This document shows positions 41,506 to 52,100 of a stretch of 64,000 nt of DNA, piece after piece. The stretch spans positions 1,656,203 to 1,720,202 of the forward strand of contig JBJBEO010000001.1 of the NCBI GenBank assembly GCA_047284725.1. Direction: 5' to 3'. The notes under the pieces are model-generated. The model was not told the DNA's origin. It did not search any database and was given only the letters and a program-made list of their open reading frames with translations. The position numbers were made by a program, and so were the translations under genes. Position 1 is the first letter of the stretch. Each line of letters opens with the position of its first letter. The DNA is from Synechococcus sp. Its GTDB lineage: Bacteria; Cyanobacteriota; Cyanobacteriia; PCC-6307; Cyanobiaceae.

Positions 41506-42072
41506 ATGAAAGATCTGCTCTCTCCTGGAAATCTGATCACCGTCGCCGGCGGTGTTCTCACCGTGGTCGGTGCGATTGCCTACGGCACCGGTAACGCCAA
41601 TCTCAGCCTGCCGACGATCTTCTACGGCATTCCAATCCTGCTGGGAGGCCTGGCCCTGAAGTCATCGGAACTGCCTCCAGCGCTTCGCCTCACGCCTGCA
41701 TCGACCTTCAAGGCTGAACGGGAAGCAGCGCCCGAAGAACTCGGCAAGCTGCTGGCCGACGTCACCCGCTGGCGCTACGGCCAGAAAGCACACCTGGAGT
41801 CGTCCCTGGAAGCCCTCAAGCTCTGGGACGAGGACACCCCGTCCCAGCTGACGGAAATCGAAGAAGTGAATGGTGCCGAAGGCTACGGCCTTCGCCTGCG
41901 TTTCAGCCTGGGGGCCGTGAGCCTGCAACGCTGGCAGGAGAAGGAAGAGCGGCTTGGACGCTTTTTCGCCAAGGGGTTACGGGCGAAGCTCACCGAAATC
42001 GACCCGGAGCACATCGATCTCCATCTGCTCCAAGCCGCTGTGCCGGCCACAGGTCAGCATGGGGAGCAGTGA
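41506..42072 (+). CDS. DUF2854-like membrane protein
   Basis: Two N-terminal TMs, FYGIPILLGGLALK, DVTRWRYGQKAHL. Confidence 0.8.
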   Translation: MKDLLSPGNLITVAGGVLTVVGAIAYGTGNANLSLPTIFYGIPILLGGLALKSSELPPALRLTPASTFKAEREAAPEELGKLLADVTRWRYGQKAHLESSLEALKLWDEDTPSQLTEIEEVNGAEGYGLRLRFSLGAVSLQRWQEKEERLGRFFAKGLRAKLTEIDPEHIDLHLLQAAVPATGQHGEQ

Positions 42073-42081
42073 ACGCAGGCG

Positions 42082-42945
42082 ATGGCTAGCGACGACGCTC
42101 TGAGGGTTTCCGTTCTTAGCGAGGCCCTTCCCTACATCCAGCGCTTCGCCGGCAGGCGCATCGTCGTGAAGTACGGCGGTGCAGCCATGGTTCATGCTGA
42201 GCTGCGCCAAGCGGTCTTTCGCGACCTCGCTCTGCTCACCAGCGTTGGCGTGCAGCCAGTGGTGGTGCACGGGGGCGGCCCTGAAATCAACACGTGGCTG
42301 AAACGACTCGCGATCCCTGCCGAATTCCGTGACGGCCTGCGGGTCACCGATCCCGACACCATGGACGTGGTGGAGATGGTGCTGGTGGGACGGGTGAACA
42401 AACAGATCGTCAACGGCCTCAACAAACTCGGTGCGAGGGCCGTGGGCCTCAGCGGCAGCGACGGAATGCTGGTGGAAGCTCGCCCCTGGGGCGACGGAAG
42501 CCATGGCCTGGTGGGCGACGTCTCCAGGGTCAATCCGGATGTGCTGGAACCCCTGCTGGAGAAGGGATACGTGCCGGTGATCTCAAGCGTGGCTGCCACC
42601 CGCGACGGCACGGCCCACAACATCAATGCCGACACGGTGGCCGGTGAACTCGCCGCGGCTCTGGAGGCGGAAAAACTGATCCTGCTCACCGACACGCCTG
42701 GGATCCTGCGCGACCGCGACGACCCTGAGTCCCTGATCCATCAGCTGCGTCTGTCGGAAGCCCGCCAGCTGATCGCCGATGGCATCGTGGCCGGGGGGAT
42801 GACACCGAAGACCGAATGCTGCATCCGTGCCTTGGCCCAGGGTGTGTCCGCCGCCCACATCCTCGATGGGCGGGTGCCCCATGCCCTGCTGCTGGAAGTG
42901 TTCACCGACGCGGGCATCGGCACCATGGTGATGGGACGCGGTTGA
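42082..42945 (+). CDS. argB: Acetylglutamate kinase
   Basis: [34 protein letters not shown]. Confidence 0.97.
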   Translation: MASDDALRVSVLSEALPYIQRFAGRRIVVKYGGAAMVHAELRQAVFRDLALLTSVGVQPVVVHGGGPEINTWLKRLAIPAEFRDGLRVTDPDTMDVVEMVLVGRVNKQIVNGLNKLGARAVGLSGSDGMLVEARPWGDGSHGLVGDVSRVNPDVLEPLLEKGYVPVISSVAATRDGTAHNINADTVAGELAAALEAEKLILLTDTPGILRDRDDPESLIHQLRLSEARQLIADGIVAGGMTPKTECCIRALAQGVSAAHILDGRVPHALLLEVFTDAGIGTMVMGRG

Positions 42946-42948
42946 TCG

Positions 42949-44049
42949 ATGAGCACGCCCACGGCCGCGGCTGAAGCCGCCCTGGAACGGGGCGATTACG
43001 GCCAGTGCCTGCAGCTGCTCGAACCGTTGGCGGCCGATCAGCCCATCACCGCCCCGGAGGGCGCCCGGATCCGCATGATCATGGTGACGGCCTGGATGGG
43101 GCAAGGTCAGGACGACAAGGCGCTGAGCACCTGTCGCCTGCTCACCCGCTGTCGCGACAGCGACCTACGCCTGCGCGCCAAACAACTTCTCGAGGTGCTG
43201 GAAGCTCCCAGCCTGCAGCGTCCGGCGAGCTGGTCGATGCAACTGCCCCCCATCGACGTGGCGGCACAGATGGGAAACCGCCCCAGGTCGGCTCGCCGCC
43301 GGCGATCGGGACCACCACCGCCGCCACCGCCGCCGACAGGCCCCACGCAAGCGGCCGCTCCAGGGTTTGCCGTTGTGGTGATCGCCGTGCTGGTGGGACT
43401 CACCCTGCTGCTGTCTGGTTGCGGCACCTTGTCGGCAGACATCGCACTGCTGGGCCCCGATCGCATCCAACTGGGCTGGACGAGCGACAGCGGCACCGGA
43501 CAGCTGCTCCCCTGGCAAACCGCCTTCGCCCGGGACCTGCCGGACGGCAGTCGCCCATGGCGATCAAGGCCCCACGGCATCCTGCCTGGGAGCCAACGTT
43601 TTGAAGCCCCAGTGCTGCCTGCGGCAGAGGCCGAACAGCTGCTGCGCGAGACGATGGCCACCGCCGCCCGGTCGACAGGGTTGGACCTGCCGGAACCGAA
43701 GTTGCGGCTGCAGGAACGCAATTGGTTGGTGGGGGTTCAGCAGACCCTCGACCTCGACCTCGACCTCCGGCCTCTGGCTGATCTGCCGATGCCGGAGCTA
43801 AAGGTCAGCGTCCGCCCATCCGTGGCCAGTCGTCGATGGAGCAGCGAACCACGCGACGCCAGCGTTGAAGAGGGCCAACTGGTCTGGCCCCTGAAAACGG
43901 GCGTGCGCAATCGCTTCCAGCTGCGGCGCTGGCATTGGAGCCGCCTGGGCCTTGGATCGGTGGTTGTGGCGTTGTTGCTCGGTCTGACCCTTCTGTTGCA
44001 GCAGGTTCGCCTCCAACTCGGTTTCGGATTTCCCGAGCTGCCGTCGTAA
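42949..44049 (+). CDS. DUF3153-like membrane protein
   Basis: N-terminal TPR-like helices, poly-Pro linker, TM ending LLSGC, C-terminal TM. Confidence 0.7.
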   Translation: MSTPTAAAEAALERGDYGQCLQLLEPLAADQPITAPEGARIRMIMVTAWMGQGQDDKALSTCRLLTRCRDSDLRLRAKQLLEVLEAPSLQRPASWSMQLPPIDVAAQMGNRPRSARRRRSGPPPPPPPPTGPTQAAAPGFAVVVIAVLVGLTLLLSGCGTLSADIALLGPDRIQLGWTSDSGTGQLLPWQTAFARDLPDGSRPWRSRPHGILPGSQRFEAPVLPAAEAEQLLRETMATAARSTGLDLPEPKLRLQERNWLVGVQQTLDLDLDLRPLADLPMPELKVSVRPSVASRRWSSEPRDASVEEGQLVWPLKTGVRNRFQLRRWHWSRLGLGSVVVALLLGLTLLLQQVRLQLGFGFPELPS

Positions 44050-46314
44050 TCAGAGCTGGAGGGGATCGGGATCCACCGCCAGGGCCACATCGGCTGGCAG
44101 GCCCTCCCACAACGTGGATCCAGGAGGAAGTGGCAAAGCACTGGCCGCGGGGCCGTGCAAGAGCAATTGCCAGCGACTGCGACCGGCCACCCGTGCCACC
44201 GGAGCCGGCGCCGGGCCCAGCAGCCACCAACCGGACGCCGCGCAGAGGGGGCGCAACTGTTCAGCCAGCACACTGGCGGCCGTGGCCGTGGCGGCGGCGG
44301 ACGGTCCCGACAGCCGCAGCAGACAGGCCCGACTGAAGGGCACCAGCGCCGCCTCCCGGCGCAAGGCCACCTCGTCCTCAAGGAAGCGCTCGTAACGACC
44401 ATCCACCAGATGACGGATCACCGGATGATCCGGCGAGTAGGTCTGCACAAGCACCTGGCCTGGCCGCTCCCCCCGACCGGCGCGGCCCGCCAACTGCAGA
44501 AGGAGCTGAAGGCACTGCTCACCCGCACGCAGGTCCGGCCGATGCAGCAGCCCATCCGCCGCCAGGACCGCCGCCAGCGTGACCCGCGGCAGATCCATTC
44601 CCTTGGCAAGCATCTGCGTGCCCACCAGCACGTCAGCCTCACCGGCCGCAAACTGCTCCAGCAACCGCCGGTGTCCATCGCGTCCACCGGTGGTGTCGCG
44701 GTCAAAACGCAGGAGGCGCAGGCCTTCGAGTTCCTCGGAGAGCCTCTCCAGCACCCGCTGGGTCCCTGCACCGAAGGGCTTGAACGCCACAGACCCGCAG
44801 TGGCTGCAGCGCGACGCCACCTCCGCCCGATAATCGCACCAGTGACAGCGCAACCACTGGTGGCCAGCACGGCTGCCATGCACCGTCAGGGCCACATCAC
44901 AGTGGGGGCACTGCACCACCTCGCCGCAGCTGCGGCAGCTGAGGAAACTGCTGTAGCCGCGTCGGGGCACCAGCACCACCGCCTGGTCACCGCTCTCAGG
45001 CAACCGGGCCAGGCGATCCATCAGGGCACGACTGATCAGGCGTTTGTTCCCGTCCGCCAGCTCGAGGCGCATGTCGATCACATGCACCGGCGGCAGCTCC
45101 TGCTGGGAAATGCGCTGGGTCAGGCGAGACAGGGCAAGGGGCCCTGCGGGTGAGAGCTGGGTCCAGGTTTCCAGCGATGGGGTCGCACTGCCGAGCAGGA
45201 CCCTGCCACCCATGCAGCGCACCCGTTCGAGGGCCAGATCGCGGGCGTGGTAGCAGGGCATCGGCGACTCCTGCTTGTAGGAGGTGTCGTGTTCCTCATC
45301 CAGGACGATCAGCCCCAGAGGAGCGAGCGGCAGGAACACCGCCGAGCGCGTGCCGACCACCACCAGAGGTTCTCCCTGCTGACGGGACACCTCCAGACCG
45401 CGCCGCCAGGCGCGCACCCGATCCCGATCACTGCATCCGCTGTGGTACTCCACCACCCGCGCGCCGAAGCGACGACGACAGCGATCCACCAGCTGAGGGA
45501 TCAGACCAATCTCGGGAGTGAGCACCAGCGCATGTCGCCCGGCGTCCAGCTCCTTCGCCACCAGCTGGAGATACACCTCGGTTTTGCCGGAGCCTGTGAT
45601 GCCCCAGAGCAGCATCCCGCCACCGTCGGGCTGACGACTGAACCGTTCCATCACCTGCTGCTGCTCCGCCGTCAGCGCGCGGGCCGCTTCCAACTCCGGA
45701 TGACCTTCAGCTTCGAGCGCAGCCTCGGCGACGGCCCGTTGTTGGCGAAGAATCAAGGTCTTGGCCGCGAGGGCCTGCACCAGATGGGCACCAAATCCCT
45801 CAGCCAGGAGCTGCCGCTGCCAGCAACCGCCACGCTCCAGCAGATAAGCCAGGAGCTGCCGCTGTCGCGTCGGCAGCTCCTGACTGGAAAGACTCACATC
45901 AGCGCCAGGCTCCACCCACCACAACCGGCGCTCAGCGGCAGGAGGGCTTGGGCGCTGACCCAGCCAACCAGGCGGAAGAGCCGCTTTGAGCATCCGAAAG
46001 GGACTGGTATGACAGCGCCTGGCCATGGCATCGAGCCAGTGACGCCAAGCCGAATCCACCGCAGCGGTCTGCACCAGGGCCTGCACCGGCTGGATCCCTG
46101 AATCCAGCGATGCAGCCTCAACCTGTCGACAGGCCACCACCAGCCCCTGCAGGGGGCGCCCCCGCAGTGACACCCGCACCAGATCACCCAGGCCAACACC
46201 AAGCTGGGCACGATCGCAGTAACTGAAGGTCCGCCCATCGCGACCGGCCTCCAGCCACACATCCACCACAGTGATTGTCTCGACTGGCCTCTCGGCCGTC
46301 ACCTTCGCCTCCAT
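44050..46314 (-). CDS. priA: Primosomal protein N' helicase
   Basis: GITGSGKT, DEEH, SAT, four CxxC, QLAGRAGR. Confidence 0.97.
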   Translation of the reverse strand: MEAKVTAERPVETITVVDVWLEAGRDGRTFSYCDRAQLGVGLGDLVRVSLRGRPLQGLVVACRQVEAASLDSGIQPVQALVQTAAVDSAWRHWLDAMARRCHTSPFRMLKAALPPGWLGQRPSPPAAERRLWWVEPGADVSLSSQELPTRQRQLLAYLLERGGCWQRQLLAEGFGAHLVQALAAKTLILRQQRAVAEAALEAEGHPELEAARALTAEQQQVMERFSRQPDGGGMLLWGITGSGKTEVYLQLVAKELDAGRHALVLTPEIGLIPQLVDRCRRRFGARVVEYHSGCSDRDRVRAWRRGLEVSRQQGEPLVVVGTRSAVFLPLAPLGLIVLDEEHDTSYKQESPMPCYHARDLALERVRCMGGRVLLGSATPSLETWTQLSPAGPLALSRLTQRISQQELPPVHVIDMRLELADGNKRLISRALMDRLARLPESGDQAVVLVPRRGYSSFLSCRSCGEVVQCPHCDVALTVHGSRAGHQWLRCHWCDYRAEVASRCSHCGSVAFKPFGAGTQRVLERLSEELEGLRLLRFDRDTTGGRDGHRRLLEQFAAGEADVLVGTQMLAKGMDLPRVTLAAVLAADGLLHRPDLRAGEQCLQLLLQLAGRAGRGERPGQVLVQTYSPDHPVIRHLVDGRYERFLEDEVALRREAALVPFSRACLLRLSGPSAAATATAASVLAEQLRPLCAASGWWLLGPAPAPVARVAGRSRWQLLLHGPAASALPLPPGSTLWEGLPADVALAVDPDPLQL

Positions 46315-46643
46315 CGGTCATCGCGCTGGATGGGTTGCAGCTGTCGCAGGAATTTTTTAAGATACGGATGTTGGACAGCTATCGGCTGTTGTCGGAACCA
46401 CGCAGAGTTCCGTCCAGAGGGAAGACACGCAAGCTCGAGCCCAGGGATTCGTTCCATGTTGGCCGACCGGTCTGAGAAAGCCCCTGACAGCCCTGCATCG
46501 GTCCCAGATTCCAGTCAAACCTTGCTGATTCAGTTGCGTCACCGTCTGACCTCGGTTCCTAAGCACGCCTGAAGTTTGAACGCCATGAGCGGCTGCCAGT
46601 CCGCTGATGTGTTTACCCCTAATTCCGCTGCCCGAACGTCGTT

Positions 46644-48107
46644 ATGAGTCCTGCTGCGAGCAAAACTGCAAAGGCCACGCCAAAAGCCGCTGCCAAAGCA
46701 TCCATCGTGATGCTCGCAGATTCGAATGGAAAGGCGAAGCCGGTGAACCTGGGGGAAGCCAAGCCGGAGACGAAGAGCGCGCCCAAAACCAAGGCCGCCG
46801 GTAAAGCTCGGGCCAGCCGCGCCAAGGCCGCCACGCTTGCTGCCGGCACGGATCTCAAAGCCGCGGCCGACGAATTGCTGGCGGCAGCGGAAGGCAAGAC
46901 AAAAGCCACAAAAACCTCCAAAGCACGGAACACCACCAAAGGCTCGGCGGTCAAAACATCCAAGGTCGGAGACAGCACCGCATCAGCCGAGACCAAGACA
47001 ACAACCGCCAAAGCGGCTGCCTCCAAAACCGGCACCTCCAAGGCAGCTACAGCCAAAGCCACTGAGTCCCAGTCCGCCGGCACCACAGCCAGCACCGACA
47101 AAGAGGCGAAAGACGCAAGAGCCAAGGCCCTGGCCAGCATCAAGGTGGGCCCGAAGGGTGTGTACACCGAAGACTCCATCCGCGTTTATCTGCAGGAAAT
47201 CGGTCGGATCCGGCTGTTGCGTCCGGATGAAGAGATCGAACTGGCCCGCAAAATCGCCGATCTACTGCATCTCGAGGAACTCGCGGCCCAATTCGAGAGC
47301 GACAACGGACGGGAACCCGACAACAAGGAGTGGGCCGCTCTGGTTGAGATGCCGCTGATTCGCTTCCGTCGCCGCCTGATGCTTGGCCGGCGGGCGAAGG
47401 AAAAAATGGTGCAGTCGAACCTGCGCCTGGTGGTTTCGATTGCCAAAAAATATATGAATCGGGGCCTGAGCTTCCAGGACCTGATCCAGGAAGGGAGCCT
47501 CGGCCTGATCCGTGCCGCCGAGAAGTTCGACCACGAGAAGGGCTACAAGTTCTCGACCTACGCCACCTGGTGGATCCGACAGGCGATCACCCGTGCCATC
47601 GCGGACCAATCCCGCACCATCCGCTTGCCGGTGCACCTTTACGAGACCATCTCCCGGATCAAGAAGACCACCAAGGTGCTCTCCCAGGAGTTCGGACGCA
47701 AGCCGACCGAAGAAGAGATCGCTGAATCGATGGAAATGACCATCGAGAAGCTGCGTTTCATCGCCAAGAGTGCGCAACTGCCGATCTCCCTCGAGACCCC
47801 GATCGGCAAAGAAGAGGATTCCCGTCTCGGCGACTTCATCGAAGCCGACATCGAAAATCCCGAACAGGATGTTGCCAAAAACCTCCTGCGTGAGGATCTC
47901 GAAGGAGTGCTGGCCACCCTGAGCCCTCGGGAGCGCGATGTGCTCCGTCTCCGCTACGGCCTTGATGACGGCCGCATGAAGACCCTCGAAGAAATCGGCC
48001 AGATTTTCGATGTGACCCGTGAACGCATCCGCCAGATCGAAGCCAAGGCGTTGCGCAAGCTGCGTCACCCCAACCGCAACGGCGTGCTGAAGGAATACAT
48101 CAAGTGA
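46644..48107 (+). CDS. rpoD: Principal RNA polymerase sigma factor
   Basis: [45 protein letters not shown]. Confidence 0.98.
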   Translation: MSPAASKTAKATPKAAAKASIVMLADSNGKAKPVNLGEAKPETKSAPKTKAAGKARASRAKAATLAAGTDLKAAADELLAAAEGKTKATKTSKARNTTKGSAVKTSKVGDSTASAETKTTTAKAAASKTGTSKAATAKATESQSAGTTASTDKEAKDARAKALASIKVGPKGVYTEDSIRVYLQEIGRIRLLRPDEEIELARKIADLLHLEELAAQFESDNGREPDNKEWAALVEMPLIRFRRRLMLGRRAKEKMVQSNLRLVVSIAKKYMNRGLSFQDLIQEGSLGLIRAAEKFDHEKGYKFSTYATWWIRQAITRAIADQSRTIRLPVHLYETISRIKKTTKVLSQEFGRKPTEEEIAESMEMTIEKLRFIAKSAQLPISLETPIGKEEDSRLGDFIEADIENPEQDVAKNLLREDLEGVLATLSPRERDVLRLRYGLDDGRMKTLEEIGQIFDVTRERIRQIEAKALRKLRHPNRNGVLKEYIK

Positions 48108-48143
48108 TCACCGCTGGATTGGCGACCACGTGATCGATCCCAT

Positions 48144-48169
48144 AGCCCCTGCCTCTGGCAGGGGCTTTT
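48144..48169 (+). terminator. Intrinsic terminator after rpoD
   Basis: AGCCCCTGCC-TCT-GGCAGGGGCT followed by TTT. Confidence 0.85.
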
Positions 48170-48182
48170 GACTGGTTCTCTG

Positions 48183-48899
48183 TCATTCCCAGTACTGCAG
48201 TGCGTCCTGCAGCAGACCACGGGCTGCACTGGCCTGGCCACCGGCGGCACTGAAACTGATGAGCGCCGCCAGGATGCTCGCTTCCAGCGGCTGCCCCAAG
48301 GCCTGCGCTGCTAGCCAGCGGCCGGCATGGAGCAGAAAAGTCTCGATGCTGGCGAGCATCTGGATACACAGGTCCACCTCGTCGTTGTAGTTGGAACAGA
48401 GGGTCTTGAGGGCCACCGCAAACAGGGTGGCGTCAGCCTCCTCGCTATGGAGCAGGGACCGGGCTTGATGGAGCTGGCGTCTGGCTGCCTTCTGAGCGGC
48501 CAGGATCGGCAACATGCGATGCGCCTGAGGGTCGCCGTCCTTCTGGGAGCGCTGAAAGTGCTTCACCCCGGCCTCCAGCTGCAGCGCCAGCAGCTCTTCA
48601 ATGGCGCGCAAGGCCGAGGCGACCAGATCAAAGCGAGCCGCCCGCTCAATCAGCACCGCCGCCGTCAGGTCGGCGCTTGGCTCCACCGCAGATTGATCGC
48701 ACGCATCCACCAACACACCAGCGGCGTCAAACATCAACCCGATCGTCGACACAGGCAAGACCGGGGCCGATGACGGCTGAGGCAGGGGCGCTGCCTGATC
48801 AGGGACGCCCTGACCTGGTCGCGTGATCCATAAGCGACCGTCAGCGCCCTGGACAAACGCCAGACCGAAAGCACACTCCACAACGGCACCAACCAACAT
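48183..48899 (-). CDS. Hypothetical protein, mostly helical
   Basis: 238-aa ORF, GAGGGG immediately before the ATG; no family recognised. Confidence 0.65.
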   Translation of the reverse strand: MLVGAVVECAFGLAFVQGADGRLWITRPGQGVPDQAAPLPQPSSAPVLPVSTIGLMFDAAGVLVDACDQSAVEPSADLTAAVLIERAARFDLVASALRAIEELLALQLEAGVKHFQRSQKDGDPQAHRMLPILAAQKAARRQLHQARSLLHSEEADATLFAVALKTLCSNYNDEVDLCIQMLASIETFLLHAGRWLAAQALGQPLEASILAALISFSAAGGQASAARGLLQDALQYWE

Positions 48900-48934
48900 C
48901 CCCTCAGGTTGCTCAATCGAGCGGCCCGGGCCAA

Positions 48935-49165
48935 TCAGGCCAGCAGCCCATCCATGCCATGCAACACGTGGGTGACCTGATCAGCATTCACCCAGTGGAT
49001 GCAGCCGTCATCCACATCCGCAATCTGGACGAGGCCGTTCACCCGTGGGAAACGGGCACCCCCATCACAGAACACCACCTGTCCCATCCACCAGTCGCCA
49101 TCGTGATGGAGCGAGGCATCGCCCACCTTGCCCACAATCACAAAATCACCGGAGCGAACTTTCAT
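48935..49165 (-). CDS. DUF3104-like small protein
   Basis: GDFVIV, DWWMGQVV..GGAR, QIADVDDGCIHWVNAD. Confidence 0.85.
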   Translation of the reverse strand: MKVRSGDFVIVGKVGDASLHHDGDWWMGQVVFCDGGARFPRVNGLVQIADVDDGCIHWVNADQVTHVLHGMDGLLA

Positions 49166-49179
49166 GGTACAGATGTACT
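49166..49179. promoter_or_regulatory. Cyanobacterial LexA (SOS) box
   Basis: GGTACAGATGTACT (minus: AGTACATCTGTACC) fits RGTAC-N3-DGTWCB and abuts the ATG at 49165. Confidence 0.75.
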
Positions 49180-49252
49180 GAGCCCTGAGTTTTAGCGCTG
49201 TTGAGCTGACCTGTCAGCCGACCTGATCGCACCAAAGCCTTTCGCCATCCCT

Positions 49253-49726
49253 TCAAGCCCCTTCAACACTGTCGGTGAACTCCTGGAACGCACGCTTCAG
49301 CCGCTCCACAGGCGTTTCCGAAGGGGGGCATTCCTGATTCGTCCGCGTGGTGTAGGCCTGAATCAAACGGGCTTCAGGGTCAAGAATCGACGCAACGGCC
49401 CCCTTGAACAGCACAACACTGGTCTGACTGGTCAACCCGGACAGAAACGGCGACAACATCCAGCCGCAGGTGGTGTCATCGGCATCAACAGGCCCCTTGG
49501 GCTGCACTTCGAGGGGACGAAGCAGCTGGTAGGCACGCTCACCGTCGCCATCGGTGGTGTTGCGCAACCGGGCAATCACCAGCTGACCACTGGAGAGCAA
49601 CAGCAATCGGATCGTGCCCTCTGCCAGCAACGGAAGGAAAGCAGCGTCGGATGCCGCCGACGGGGCGGGCGCTGCGGCGGCGGAGGACTGATTGGGCCGA
49701 ACGCCATTCACCACCGGGCCAGGCAT
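49253..49726 (-). CDS. Hypothetical protein
   Basis: IRLLLLSSGQLVIARL...ETPVERLKRAFQEF; start at MPGPVV. Confidence 0.7.
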   Translation of the reverse strand: MPGPVVNGVRPNQSSAAAAPAPSAASDAAFLPLLAEGTIRLLLLSSGQLVIARLRNTTDGDGERAYQLLRPLEVQPKGPVDADDTTCGWMLSPFLSGLTSQTSVVLFKGAVASILDPEARLIQAYTTRTNQECPPSETPVERLKRAFQEFTDSVEGA

Positions 49727-49809
49727 GGGATCGACCTCATCACAACGTATGGCGAATCGTAAAGCTGACGGCGCGACTGCGTAGTCTTGACGGCTGCTAA
49801 TCACTGTTC

Positions 49810-50760
49810 ATGGCCCTCGAGCAACTGCGCATCGCCTCCCGCCGAAGCCAGCTGGCCATGGTGCAGACCAATTGGGTCAAGGCCGAGCTGGAGAAAGCCC
49901 ACCCTGGCGTAGCCATCTCTGTGGAGGCCATGGCCACCCAGGGCGACAAAATCCTGGACGTGGCGCTTGCCAAAATCGGAGACAAGGGCCTCTTCACCAA
50001 GGAGCTCGAAGCTCAGATGCTGGTGGGCCGCGCCGAAATCGCAGTTCACTCCCTCAAGGACCTGCCCACGAACCTGCCCGAAGGCCTGATGCTGGGCTGC
50101 ATCACCGAACGGGAAGATCCGGCTGATGCCCTCGTGGTGAACGCCAAGAACGCCGCCTACCAACTCGACACCCTTCCCAAGGGTTCTGTGGTGGGCACCA
50201 GCTCCCTGCGCCGCCTGGCACAACTGCGCCATCACTATCCCCACCTTGAATTCAAGGACGTGCGCGGCAATGTGATCACCCGCCTCGAGAAGCTCGATGC
50301 CGGCGACTACGACTGCCTGATCCTTGCCGCTGCCGGGCTCACCCGTCTGGGCTTTGGCGATCGCATCCACCAGATCATCCCGGGCGACATCTCCCTGCAT
50401 GCCGTCGGCCAGGGCGCTCTGGGCATCGAATGCGTCGACGGCAACCCCGACGTGCTGGAGATGATCAAGGTGCTGGAACATGGCCCCACAGCCGCCCGCT
50501 GCCTGGCGGAACGCGCCTTCCTGCGCGAGCTCGAGGGCGGTTGCCAGGTGCCCATCGGCGTAAACACCATGATCGAGGGCGACACGCTCACGCTCACCGG
50601 CATGGTGGCCAGCCTCGATGGAAAGCGCCTGATCCGCGATCAGCAGAGCGGCAGCACCGCCGATGCGGAAACCATCGGTAAACAGCTGGCAGACACCCTG
50701 AAGGGTCAGGGCGCTGGCGAGATCCTCAAGGAGATCTTCGACGCCATGCGCCCGCAGTGA
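49810..50760 (+). CDS. hemC: Hydroxymethylbilane synthase
   Basis: [37 protein letters not shown]. Confidence 0.98.
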   Translation: MALEQLRIASRRSQLAMVQTNWVKAELEKAHPGVAISVEAMATQGDKILDVALAKIGDKGLFTKELEAQMLVGRAEIAVHSLKDLPTNLPEGLMLGCITEREDPADALVVNAKNAAYQLDTLPKGSVVGTSSLRRLAQLRHHYPHLEFKDVRGNVITRLEKLDAGDYDCLILAAAGLTRLGFGDRIHQIIPGDISLHAVGQGALGIECVDGNPDVLEMIKVLEHGPTAARCLAERAFLRELEGGCQVPIGVNTMIEGDTLTLTGMVASLDGKRLIRDQQSGSTADAETIGKQLADTLKGQGAGEILKEIFDAMRPQ

Positions 50761-50780
50761 TCAGAGGCTGGTCGTCGCCA

Positions 50781-51329
50781 TCAGCGGGTGATCAGCACAG
50801 GGGTCCCCACATCCACCAGCTCGTAGAGCCTCTGCACATGGTCGTTGAGCATGCGCACACAACCGTTTGAAACGGCTGCGCGGATCTTGACCCAGTGAGG
50901 CCATGGCGTCCCATGGATCCCGAACTGATCCTCGCCCCGCTGCAGGAAGCCAATCCAACGGTGGCCAAGGGGGCCCTTGGGTCCAGTCACAGGATTCACC
51001 TTGCCGGATTTGGTGCTCTGATACTGGGGGTTCACCCGCATGTTCTCCACTCGGAAGAGTCCGCTAGGGGTGGGGGTTTTTGGATCACCGATGGCCACAG
51101 GCCAGCGACCCAGACGCTCGCCATTGCGGATCACACTGATATTCCTGCTGCTCAGATCAAGGTGGATTCGCGTTTCCGCCTGAGGGGCCAGGCTGGCGAG
51201 CTGCCGCTCCGGGGTCATGGCTGTTGCAGGTGCCATGGCTGTTGCAGATGCCATCGCCGTTGCACCGGCCGCCACGGCCGCCACCAGGGGGGCGGACGCC
51301 CAAAAAACCGCCACTCGCTTGCTTGCCAT
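50781..51329 (-). CDS. L,D-transpeptidase (YkuD)
   Basis: VAIG..TP.G, GIHGT, SNGCVRM; signal peptide from MASKRV. Confidence 0.9.
   Translation of the reverse strand: MASKRVAVFWASAPLVAAVAAGATAMASATAMAPATAMTPERQLASLAPQAETRIHLDLSSRNISVIRNGERLGRWPVAIGDPKTPTPSGLFRVENMRVNPQYQSTKSGKVNPVTGPKGPLGHRWIGFLQRGEDQFGIHGTPWPHWVKIRAAVSNGCVRMLNDHVQRLYELVDVGTPVLITR
51216..51269. repeat. Three imperfect 18-bp tandem units inside the L,D-transpeptidase gene
   Basis: CATGGCTGTTGCAGGTGC / CATGGCTGTTGCAGATGC / CATCGCCGTTGCACCGGC, encoding ATAMAS-ATAMAP-ATAM. Confidence 0.8.
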
Positions 51330-51401
51330 CAGACTATTAGGACCCACTGGTCTCAAATTAAATATCGACCAGAGAAAAGGCAGCCCGCAAAGGTTGAAGA
51401 C

Positions 51402-51427
51402 AAAAGAAAAGCGGGGTTTCCCCCGCT
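51402..51427 (-). terminator. Intrinsic terminator after ppa copy 2
   Basis: Minus strand AGCGGGG-GAAA-CCCCGCT followed by TTTCTTTT. Confidence 0.85.
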
Positions 51428-51456
51428 CACAGACTGCAGACCTGAACAGGCCGTCG

Positions 51457-52044
51457 TCAGTCGACCAGCTTGGGATCGATCTCAGCCATGTAGCGAGCTT
51501 CGCAGCTCTTGATGATTTCAACGGCTTTGTCGGTGCCGAAGAAGCCATTGACGCTGCAGGTGCCGGGCTTCTTCAGATCCTTGTAGTGCTCCCAGTAGTA
51601 GGTGGTTTCCTTCTTCCAGTGCTCTCCCAGATCTTCCCAACTCTTGATGTGATCCATGCGCTTGTCATCGGCCAACACCGCGATCACCTTGTCGTCGACC
51701 TCACCACCGTCATCGAAGGTCATGATGCCGATGATGCGGGCTTCGACGATCGAACCGGGGATCAGAGGCTCGGTCACACCGACGATCTCGATATCGAGGG
51801 GGTCGCCATCCTCATCCCAGGTGCGTGGGATGCAGCCGTAGGCAAAGGGGTAAGCCAGGGAGGAATAACCAACGCGATCAAGCTTGAGGTGACCCGTCTC
51901 GGTGATCAGCTCGTATTTGTTGATGGTGTTGGAGTTGAGCTCCACAATGGTGTTCAAGCGCAGCTCCGCCTCATCGGCGAAGGCAGGCAACACGTGCAGC
52001 AGGTTGGGCATGCTGCGGCTCGGAGCCTGGTCGAGATTGGCCAT
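51457..52044 (-). CDS. ppa: Inorganic pyrophosphatase, family I (copy 2)
   Basis: NKYE, KLDR, YPFAYG, DEDGDPLD, DDKVIAV. Confidence 0.93.
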   Translation of the reverse strand: MANLDQAPSRSMPNLLHVLPAFADEAELRLNTIVELNSNTINKYELITETGHLKLDRVGYSSLAYPFAYGCIPRTWDEDGDPLDIEIVGVTEPLIPGSIVEARIIGIMTFDDGGEVDDKVIAVLADDKRMDHIKSWEDLGEHWKKETTYYWEHYKDLKKPGTCSVNGFFGTDKAVEIIKSCEARYMAEIDPKLVD

Positions 52045-52100
52045 GGGGGGCGATGAACAGCGCCGCGCATCCTACGAGCCACCACTGAGATGGCCTGGCC

